NCBI GenBank assembly: GCA_030264375.1
Contig: JASCQW010000072.1
Coordinates: 23,217,008-23,281,007, forward strand
Length of the DNA: 64,000 nt
Direction of reading: 5' to 3'
From: Carcharhinus longimanus
Taxonomy: Eukaryota
Below, one piece after another: positions 54,101 through 64,000 of this stretch. The translations under genes and the position numbers were made by a program. The first letter of the stretch is position 1. Every line of letters starts with the position of its first letter. Below the pieces are notes generated by a model, which saw only the letters and a program-made list of their open reading frames with translations, searched no databases and had not been told where the DNA came from.

Positions 54101-55029
54101 AATAATCCATTTAACCTCCAAAAACTACCTGCCTGAATATGCCTGCATGATCAGACAATGGGCTAACCAGCCACTTCAGAAACCACCGAACCAGAGTGGA
54201 AGAGAGTCATCCGACCCCTAAGAGAAGACAGAACCTACTTTCTTAGTGCAGGCCATTCAATAGCGGCCCAGTTAGCATCAGTAATAGGTAATAATTAAAT
54301 CTATGACAGAATAGGCAATACATGTAAACAAGTAATGCAAATTGTCATTTGATTTTTCTCAAGTGAAAGTTATGTGAAGATAATCTAGGAACGGTTAGCT
54401 GTTACTCGCTGTGTTGCTATAAACGTATCCAAGTAGCTTTAAAAAGATTTTATTTTCGGTTGATTTTTTTAAAATCAGTAAATACCTCACCGAACATCTG
54501 TTTCTGCTTTGCAAAATTTGGTGTTTATTGTTCACCCAATAACCAAACCATCACATATTTTGAGCAGAGTGTTAGCAAAACCCTTAGGAATGAGAAGCAT
54601 AATCTGAGGCTATGATAATTACACAGCTGAAACCTCACTGAACTGCCTTGTTTTTCTGGAGTCAACATTTCGTATTTGTTTCTCTTTCTTTCTGCAAACG
54701 GCGAGGAGAAATATGGGGTAGGGTTCACCGTGCAACCCAGCACGCGTTCCTCGATGGCGGCTTGCCATTGGCCGGTGGCACAATCTTCTGGTCCCACCAC
54801 TGTCAACAGGGTTTCCCATCGAAACCTGGGGTGGAGTGTATCATCGTCAGGACCAGAAAATCCCAATGGCGTGAACAGCCGGAAGGTTTTGGCTACAGTA
54901 CTTTGTCTTTATTAAAGTCTCTGATACACGTACACTACACTCATAAAATGGTCACATGTTACTTTGCAAAATATATTTTATGTGTCCTTCAGAAACATCC
55001 TTATAATAATCTTCTCTTGGTAATATAAA

Positions 55030-55960
55030 GGGCGATTCTCTGATCTCTCCGTGCTGTTAGCAGATTGCGCCAGGCACAGAGAAGAGCGTGCTGGCATAAA
55101 AATCTGTTTTGCACCCAGCGCCAAACAGTTTGCAATTCTCCCGCACCCTTCCTGTGCACGTCCGATTAATATAATTAAAGTGGCATTTAAATATGCATAG
55201 CCTATTCAAATCCCAGCGCACAAACTTCCCCAGCTTTCAGATGCGGCACAATAATGGCGAGAATCACTACCAGTCTCCATTAGCGGAGACCTGGCACAGT
55301 GGTCACACAGGGAGGGGGCTGCGGTTGGGGGCATGGCCATGCAGTGCATACTGGGTAGTGCCACTTGGTGGGGCCCACCTGGCACACTAACAGTGCCCAA
55401 CTGGCACATCGGCAGTTGTTGGCAGTGACCGCCGGCAGTCCGACAGTGTCCACTGGACAGCCCGGTGGTGCAAGTTGGGTACTGTCAGTGTGCCAGCTGA
55501 GCACCATCAGTGTGCCAGGGGCATTGCTGTTGGGAAGGGGGGGGATGGGGAGCCATGTGGGTGTGTCTGATTGGGGAGGGTTGTGGAGGGGTGAATTGTG
55601 AAGGTGGTCCTGATGGGGGGCAAGTTGGTGATCCTGATGCGGGAGCATGTCAGGAGGTGGTCATGGTAGGGGGACTGGTCAGAAGGGCACCGATGCTGTC
55701 AACCCACTGGGGAGAGAGTGGGGAACATGCCGGTGATGAGGGGGGAGGGGTCTTAATGTCCGTGGGTGAGTGAGATGGGGGGGTCTCCCAGTGCACTCTG
55801 AGATCTGGGCACCCTTGCAAGACAGCATCCAAGTGCTCTGAAGCCAGGTTCCCCTAGTAAACTCCCAACTCTCCAAAACGTGACTGAGTGCGGGAGGACT
55901 GCGATGTGGAGTATGCCTGAGAGATTAATGTGGATCATTCCATTATCCTCACCGTTAGAA
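55030..55960. mobile_element. GC-rich non-autonomous DNA-transposon-like repeat
   Basis: Starts gggcgattctc, has a G-rich interior and no credible ORF. Style resembles 23728-24900. Confidence 0.5.
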
Positions 55961-56925
55961 TTCCACCCAGAATTTTATATTTTGTCAAATTATGACTTTT
56001 TTTGTTCCACAAAATTATAAACCAATCCAATCTTGCCTACAAAAAAACAGAAGTCAAAAGTAAATTGAAAAATTAGCTTAAGGGAGTTGCCGCCATCAAG
56101 ATATCTGGCAGATCTTATCCAGGAGATGACTTAAGAATTGTTAACATACTTCGATCACATCATCTATCACATAGTGATAAAAAAGACACAAGGTTAAAGC
56201 AGCTTAGTTGGGTAGACATTTAACTATTACAGATGAGGGTCCTCATTATATATTAAGCTACAAATATGTTACAGATACTGCTCTCAGAGAAATATTTGTA
56301 CAGTCTTATCTGGGGCTGACAGATCCAAATGCGCCTATGAAGTCTCCCTCATATATCAGGCCATGTCACTGGAGCAGGGAGGGCATTTTTTGTACAACAG
56401 CAAATGGGACATTCATTCTCTTGTACCAACAGAAAGATTTTAGATTTAAGTTCAAAAAAATCTACTGGAGGTAAATGGTTTGCTAATATATTGTTAAAAT
56501 CTGTTTTCATACTGGGCTGGAGATAATTGGGATCTGGTGTGAGGTCCAAATGGTTGTGAGGTTACTTTGCGGAGGTGGTCTGCTTCTTGATTCCACAATC
56601 AATGCAGGACCTAAATGCTAAGTTGTAGAACTGCTGTTACATAATGCACAAAGCCACTGCATTTTGATACAAAAACTGAAGCGTAATGTAATTGTAAATC
56701 GTAACAGCAATCCACTTTCAGGGGAAAAAAAATGACTTTTGATACTTTTATACAATTCTGGTGTTTATCAGAGATGTGGATAACATAGCTGCAGATTCCA
56801 AAATGTTATCACTTCTGGTGCTCATTGTTTGATCAACCAGTACTGGGTCACAAATTGTTTATTCATAAGAACAAGCCCATCTCCAACCTCCTTTTCCTTT
56901 CCCAAGTCCTTGAATGTATTGCAGC

Positions 56926-57098
56926 CTCCCAAATCCGTGTCCATCTCTCCCAAACCCGTGTCCCTCTCTCCCAAACCTGTGTCCATCTCTCCCAAACCCA
57001 TGTCCATCTCTCCCAAACCCGTGTCCATCTCTCCCAAACTCATGTCAATCTCTCCCAAACCCGTGTCCATCTCTCCCAAACCTGTGTCCATCTCTCCC
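56926..57098 (+). repeat. 21-bp tandem repeat (ctcccaaacccgtgtccatct) x8 inside the L2 RT
   Basis: Read directly from the sequence. Translates as (SQTRVHL)n in the RT frame. Confidence 0.97.
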
Positions 57099-57731
57099 AG
57101 AATTCCATGTTTGAATCACTTCAATCAGGTTTCTGCCCACGCTGTACCAAATGGTTCTGATCAAAGTCACACATAACATTTGTGGTGATGGTGACAATGG
57201 TAAATAATTCCTCCTGCTCTTTCTTGACCTGTCTGTAGTCTTATACATGATTGACTATATTGTCATGTTCCAATGCTTCTGAACAATCTCCTGGCTGGGT
57301 GGAACTGCTCTCATTTGGTCCTGTCCTTATCTACCTAATTATAGCCAGGGCATTACTTGCAACAGATTCTTTTCCTGTGCTGCATTGTTACTCCTGGTGT
57401 CCCCCGGGAATCTATCCTTACTTTCTTATTATCCTCAGCTCATTTGCCCCCTTCTCTGCCCCTTCTCCCCCATTGGCCCCATTCTGTCCCTCAGCACCAT
57501 CAGCAGCAAGCACAGTGTTCATTTTCAGATGTAAACTGATGACAGCTCTACCTCACCACCTCTTAATTAAATATTGGGAAGACTGAAGCTATTGTCTACC
57601 ATCCCCACTCCAAATTCTGTTCCCCAGTTTACCAATTCCATTCCTCTCCCTAACAACTGTCTGAGACTAAATCAGACTCTCTGTAATGTTGGTGTCATGT
57701 TTAATCCTGAGGTGAGCTCCCAATCACACAT

Positions 57732-58212
57732 AGGCGGCACGGTGGCACAGTGGTTAGCACTACTGCCTCACATCACTGGGACCTGGATTTGATTCCAGCC
57801 TCCGATCACTATCTATGTGGAGTCTGCATGTTCTCCCTGTGTCTGTGTGGGTTTCCTCTGGATGCTTCGGTTTCTTCCCACTGTCCGAAAGACATGCTAA
57901 ATTCTTCCTTAGTGTACCTGAACAGATGCCAGAGTGTGGTGACCAGGGGGTTTTCACAGTAACTTCATTGCAGTGTTAATGTAAGCCTACTTGTGACACN
58001 NNNNNNNNNNNNNNNNNNNNNNNNNNNNNNNNNNNNNNNNNNNNNNNNNNNNNNNNNNNNNNNNNNNNNNNNNNNNNNNNNNNNNNNNNNNNNNNNNNNT
58101 TCTTCCTTAGTGTACCTGAACAGGTGCCAGAGTGTGGTGACCAGGGGGTTTTCACAGTAACTTCATTGCAGTGTTAATGTAAGCCTACTTGTGACTAATA
58201 AATAAATAAACT
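57732..58212 (+). mobile_element. Alternative-tail V-SINE with its tail duplicated across a 100-N gap
   Basis: 57903-57997 recurs at 58100-58194. Confidence 0.88.
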
Positions 58213-60649
58213 TTATCTGCACCTTAACTTCCACAACAATGCCCAATTTCACCCCTGTTTCAGCCCATCAGCTGCTAAAACCCTCATCCATATCTTTATT
58301 ACCTCTAGACTTGAATATTCCAGCACACTCCTGGTCTCCCACATTGTACCCTCCATAAACTTGAGGTCATCCAAACTCTGCAGCCTGTGCCTTTATGCAC
58401 GCCAGAATCTGTTCTCTTATCAGCTGTGTGCTCGATGGCCTGCACTGTGGCCAAACAATGCCTTGATTTAAAAATTCTCATTCTAGTTTTCAAATTCCTC
58501 CATGGCCTCATTTCTCCCTATCTCTGTGATCTTCTCCAGCCCCACAACTCTCTAAGATATCTGGCCTCTTGAGCACCCTGATTTTAATGGCTCAAGCATT
58601 GTTGGCTGTCCCTTCAGCTGCTAAGCTCTGAAATTCCCTCACTAAACCCTTCCAATTCTCCACTCCTCTTTAAGACACTCTGTAAAACACACTTTTTGAT
58701 CAAGTTTTTGGCCATCTGCTCTAATATCTTGGATTGGCATTTAATTTTCCCTTACATTGCTGCTGTGGAGTGTTTTGTGATTTTTTTAAAATTAAGAAAT
58801 AAAGGTGATAGACAAATATAATTTATTGTTGCATTGCTGATCTATATTGCCCCAACTACAGTTCTCATTCTGCTAAGAATTGGAGAAGCAGGAGAGGATG
58901 GCAGGTAGGAGAGTGGATTATTAGCTATGGCAGTAAGAAGTATGACTTGTCACCAACCAGCCCATCTATTCACATTCCTGTCTTCCCTCAAGAACTCGGG
59001 AGGACAGCATTCTTCAAGGCAAATACGTCTTGGAAACTTCCAACAAATTTTGCCTAGAGGATACTTTTGAGTGTTTTCACAGACAAGTATACGAGTTTGT
59101 GAAGCATTATTTGCACTGTGTACTTTCGGAAACCCAGAAATGCCTTAAAGCTGAGTAGTCCCATTTAAGCTGCTGCCCTGTTGCAATATCACTTGGAAGA
59201 ATTCCCTAGCTCCCAGAATAAGAGTGTCAGTCACCTGATGATGACATATCCCTATGACATCCTCTCATGTTTTGGAGATCTCCATACATGTCCAAAATGG
59301 CTACTACTCAAACTCGGCTCCATCTACCTTTCACTAGACTGCTTGGCTAGGTCCACCTAATATCTTGGTGGCCCTGAGCTAGTGGGCTGTCTGGGGAGTT
59401 CTCCTTATCTACCCAAAGCCTGCTGAACATAATGCCAATAAGATCTCACCCTTCTTTGAGGGCCATGAAGTAGCCAGCCAGCAATTAAAATTCTCTTGTG
59501 AGAAAATCTACCCCCAGAGGTCGATATAAATTAATTGTTGTATTTCTGACAGTCCAGAAATATAACTGCTTCCAATACTAATATAGTTAAGTTAATTATT
59601 GAAATGATTTGTGAATCCATAGGGCAAATGTATTTCTTTAAATGCTCCTGGCATAGCACTCCGTTTTGGAGCACATAGTTGAAATTTGGTTGTGGAGCCC
59701 CTATGGACACGCATCTCTGTGCCAGGAACACTAAAAATGAAAAATTAACTGCCATGTCTTTTATCGTGTTNNNNNNNNNNNNNNNNNNNNNNNNNNNNNN
59801 NNNNNNNNNNNNNNNNNNNNNNNNNNNNNNNNNNNNNNNATGGCAATGTAAATATTTGCCTTACTATAACCCTAATTTTTTTTGCTAAACTTTCCACAAA
59901 GCCTCTCAAACAACAATTCTTCCAACACAAATCACCTTACTGCTTAATTTTATTTTATGTGCAGGAACTAAAATGCAGCAAGACACTTTAAGGTGTAATA
60001 ATGAGAAAACTTGCATGCAGCAGAAAGAAATGAGCTCGGTTAGCAGCTAGATTACTTCGATCAAGCGAAAAAAGGCAGAGCAAAAGCAAATGACACTTCG
60101 AATGCAAGATTAATTCAACTGCATCTTGTCAATATTCTTGACTAATGATGTTCCCTATGATTGTGCAAAGTTATCGCTTCCCAGAAAATTACTACAAGTA
60201 TTGGGAAGGCTGGAAAGAAAACAGAGTTAGGAGCTCCATACTATTACTCATGTTGGGCATGCTCTTTGCAAAAGATTAAGTGGCTGTGTTAAGTATCGTT
60301 AAGATTACAAGTTAAAACTGCACTCGGGTTTTATAGGAGTGAAAGAGAGAACTCTATATTCCGAGATTTTTCCTCAGCTGAAGTTCCCCTTATGTGGCCT
60401 TGAAAGTAATCTGAGTGGACAAATTACAGATCTAACGCTAATCTGCCTGAATGTTGCACCAATTATCAGCAGTCAGCAAATCTCACAGCTCAGAAGGATC
60501 AGATTCCCACTGCTGTGGTGCTTAAGCTGGAAGGTCGGCTGACATTTTAAAGCAGTTGATCTTTTGAGAAATTGCACATAATAATATCTCAGGTAAAAAC
60601 TAGGGAAACCTATCTAGGGTGTATACTGACCCTTAATGTCATCCCCCAC

Positions 60650-61645
60650 CTGTGGTTGATAGGGCCTTCAACTGTGTCTGAGCCATCTCCCACACTTCAG
60701 CTCTCACCTTTTCCCTTCCTAGAACAATGATAGGGTTTCTTTTGTCTTCATTTTGCACCCAGAAACCTTCACATTCAAAGGATCATCCTCCCATCTCCCA
60801 CATCTCCAGCATGATGCCCCCCCCTGCATCAGCATTTCATAGGGATTATTCGCTCAGTGACACACTGGTCCATTCCTTTACCACACACAACACCTCATCC
60901 CCTTCCGATGCGATCATAGGAAGTGTCATATCTCCCCCTTTATCTCCTCCCTTCTCACCATCCATGTCTCCAAACACTCCTTCCATGTGAAGCAGCAATT
61001 CACTTGCACTACTTTCAATTTAGCCCACTGCATTCGCTGCTTGCAATGTGGTCCCCTGTATATTGGAGACAAGACACGGACTGAGTGATAGCTTTGTGGA
61101 ACATGTTTGCTCAGGCTGCACACACGGCATCTTGCTGTCATGCTCACATTTCTGTCCTTGGCAGTCGACAATGGGCCAGTGAAGCCCAATGCAAACCGGA
61201 GAAACAGCACCTCACCTCCTGATTAGACACTTTTCAGACTTCTTGACTTAACAGAGTTCAACAACAGACTGTGAATTCTCTCTCTCCTCCATTTGATGCT
61301 TCTTCCCTACCCCTCTTAACAGCAGCAAACCCCCCCCCTCCCCCACCACCCCCACCCCTCCACAGGGCCAGTCTGAGAGAACGCTGACTCTTGTTCTGTG
61401 ATTAACACATCTTGCTATCTGATCCTCATGCCACTATTAGCATCTACTTTTAGTCTTTAACACTGTCATTACTACTCTCTTTACAGCTTTGTCCAATCTC
61501 TTCTGAACCCCCACCTATCCCTGGTCTGCTATTTTATTCAATCCCCTCAATAGCACAAAACTCACCACATTTCTACCTCTCTTCAGCTCTGGAGAGTCAT
61601 ACAGACTTGAAACATTGACTATGTTTCTGCCTCCACAGATGCCAC
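60650..61645 (+). mobile_element. Penelope-like element remnant (GIY-YIG endonuclease and terminal repeat)
   Basis: 60980-61100 translates to about FHVKQQFTCTTFNLAHCIRCLQCGPLYIG..., the CxxC..YIGET GIY-YIG pattern of Penelope elements, with frameshifts. Confidence 0.8.
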
Positions 61646-61651
61646 CAGGTC

Positions 61652-61805
61652 AACATAAGAACATAAGAAATAGGAGCAGGAGTAGGCCATCTAGCCCTTC
61701 GAGCCTGCCCCGCCATTCAATAAGATCATGGCTGATCTGTCATGGCTCAGTTCCACATTCCCACCCTCTCCCCATAACCCTTAATCCCTTCGCTTATCAA
61801 AAACT
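61652..61805 (-). mobile_element. Young-looking CR1 3' end
   Basis: aacataagaacataagaaataggagcaggagtaggccatctagcccttcgagcctgccccgccattcaataagatc is nearly the reverse complement of 40908-40980. Confidence 0.85.
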
Positions 61806-63249
61806 GAGCCTTTCCAGCAGTTTGTGCCTTTGTGGCCAAAACTGGCTTCATGATAATACATTGAATTGAATAGATAGTGTTCAATTGTTTGTGTAATTAA
61901 GAGTCATGTCAAAGGTTCTCATTAAACGTTCACTTCACACTCTATTAAACCAAAAATAGACTGCTTATAGCTGAACAAGTGGGAGGTATTGTGAACCACA
62001 GCAGACTGGGATCAATCTGAACACATGGACAAAAACAGATTGCATGAAGTCTGTGCCAATAAGGCAATTTAAGCTGGCAAATAGCAAGCTATGCACAGCA
62101 TACAAGAACCCATCAGCTACCAATTCATTAAGCTCAAAAACTCAAACAGCTTTTGAGATTTATAGACACACATTTATTCATATACATGTTGCTCAGTCTG
62201 GGCAGTTTGCAGCCGCCAAATTAGTAACTGCTGCGACTGGGAATGGATTTGTAACAGGCATGCTGGTGCACAGTGTGCACTGAGCAACACTCAGAGAGGT
62301 GTTGGGAATCCTCACCCCAGATGATCCGAACCTCTATTTGGGCAAAATCCAAACTGTTATGATCTGTCAGTAAAATGCCAATGTGTCAAATCTCACAAAT
62401 TTGTGTTAATCTGAAACAGCAGGAATTTAAAATGCCATAAGATTATTAGAGCGGCCAAAAAGCATCTTACTATGGGTGAATTATAAATGGCTAACTGCAT
62501 TCTCCTGCAGACATTATAACTTCAAAACATTGTGCTCTGGGATGAGGGCATTTTAATACTCACAGTGGAGGGTTTACCTGACCCGCACAGCACCAGTAGC
62601 AAACTCACCACAGCCCTTCTGCAACACCAACCCAATTTAGTGCCAACTGAGCACTTGCTTGGTCAGGGTCATAGACACAGAAAGAGGTCAGAGACCTTGT
62701 CATCCTTAGGGAAGTTCAACCTGCAGGAGCTGCCAGTCAATCAGAGGCCAGCAGCGCCACCATGAGTGGTGGCCACTGCCGGTACTACTAGACGCCATTT
62801 AGCATGTCCGCTTTGACTCTCACCAGCCCTATAAAAAACCTTCTTTCTGGTTGAATCACAATTTGCTATCGCTTCTGCTCTTTCCAAGACTGCAAGTAAC
62901 TACAGAAGGTTGTGAATGGAGCCCATGCAAACCAGCCTCCCATTCACTGAGCCCCGTCTCCATTTCCCGCCTCCTCTGAAAAGCAGCCAGCATAATCAAG
63001 GACCCCATGCACGATTGGGGCTGGTGTGTTTGGTGGAGTGATTGTAAAATCTCACGGGATAATGAAGGAACAATAAATATTGTGGTCAGTTTGGGATGTG
63101 ACTTGGTGTTTCTGTAATTTTGCTGCTCCTGTCATTTTCAGACACAAGGGAACAAGGTACTGCCAAAGCGACTGACTTGCTACAGTGCATCCCTTAGATT
63201 ATGTGTATGTAGCCATTCTGCACCAGTGATGGAAAGGACATACTTTCTT

Positions 63250-63530
63250 CCACTTTCTTCCGTCAGGTAAAAGGTACAAAAGTCTGAAGTCACATACCAA
63301 CCGACTCAAGAACAGCTTCTATCTTGCTGCCATTAGGCTTTTGAATGGACTTACCTTATACTCAGTTGATCATTCTCTACACCCTAGTTATGACTGTAAC
63401 ACTACATTCCGCACCCTCTCCTTTCCTTCTCTATGAACGGTATGCTTTATCTGTATAGCACATAAGAAACAATACTTTTCAATGTATCCCAATACTGTAT
63501 CCCAATACAATAATAAATCAAACAAAATAA
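63250..63530 (+). mobile_element. Rex1/Babar-like LINE 3' end
   Basis: Reverse-complement homolog of 31075-31440. Confidence 0.7.
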
Positions 63531-64000
63531 AAACACCCATGATGCAGGATTTTTGTTGGATACTGGAGTGAGAGTGAGGTAGACTCGCTGGGGATAACCA
63601 GGGAGGCCCCGATGAGGGGGCCTTCACTCATAGGAGAGCCCGGCCCGACCTCTGTTTGGCATCGGTTGCCGAGAGGGAGGAAACCCGCCAAGTTGCAGGC
63701 TTATTTGCCCAGAGATTGCCATATGGTGCAAACCCCACCACCCGCTGATTGAATATCAGCGGTAGTTGAATGTGGGCCTCAATTGGCTCAGGTGGGAAAA
63801 CCATCCTTTGCTTCTTCCTCCCTTGGGCTTAATATGGAGGAGTCGGGAAGATAACAGGATCTCCACCTGCAAATTTCCATCTGATTAACTGGTCCACCCC
63901 ATCTCCTGGCCTGTCTCCAGGGACAGATTTAAATTCCACTCATTGATAATCCCTAGTTGCCCCTCAAAGATATTGGTGTATTTTCCCCATTAATTACTTC

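Larger units (their letters stand above)
56865..58745 (+). mobile_element. Degraded L2-clade LINE (RT to 3' end) interrupted by a SINE at 57732-58212
   Basis: Peptides KPISNLLFLSQVLECIAASQIRVHLSQ...NSMFESLQSGF (L2 RPISNLPFLSKxLE...QSGFR) and LDLKILILVFKFLHGLISPYLCDLLQPHN. Confidence 0.85.

Noticed and set aside
56822-57176. Repetitive protein ORFs (MDTGLGE)n, (SPKPVSI)n and (CPSLPNP)n
   Set aside because: Translations of a stop-free 21-bp tandem repeat within a dead L2.
57903-58194. Tandem duplication of a SINE tail
   Set aside because: Near-identical sequence flanking a 100-N gap, most likely an assembly or haplotype overlap.
46084-64000. Further upstream CPED1 exons (expected to end ...CGFVQ), e.g. 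TTCTTTGTTCAGGAAGT near 50700
   Set aside because: No GT donor after the FVQ codons and no matching upstream peptide. I found no CPED1-like exon by eye, consistent with a long intron extending beyond the window.

Overview
Vertebrate genomic DNA, almost certainly a shark (elasmobranch), judged from the repeat landscape (HE1-type V-SINEs, a DeuSINE remnant, CR1/HER1, L2, RTE, Rex1-like LINEs and Penelope-like fragments). It is a draft assembly with many N gaps. The only host gene is the 3' part of CPED1 (cadherin-like and PC-esterase domain containing 1) on the minus strand. Seven coding exons (46083-45966, 38986-38850, 32026-31806, 29660-29559, 26638-26551, 11711-11565, 9550-9323) all have GT-AG boundaries and matching phases. 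They splice into 1041 nt, i.e. 346 aa plus stop, including the GDS esterase motif. Positions 46084-64000 look like one long intron, and positions below about 8500 appear to be downstream intergenic DNA. I see no convincing novel multi-gene system. The most unusual local structures are: a 351-bp inverted duplication whose left arm interrupts a LINE and whose identity rises toward the loop; a 27-bp minisatellite that switches orientation twice about 90 nt from a splice acceptor; a 109-bp direct repeat bracketing one exon; and several nested or chimeric retroposon junctions. Repeat boundaries are approximate, and family names come from recalled consensus features, not from a database search.
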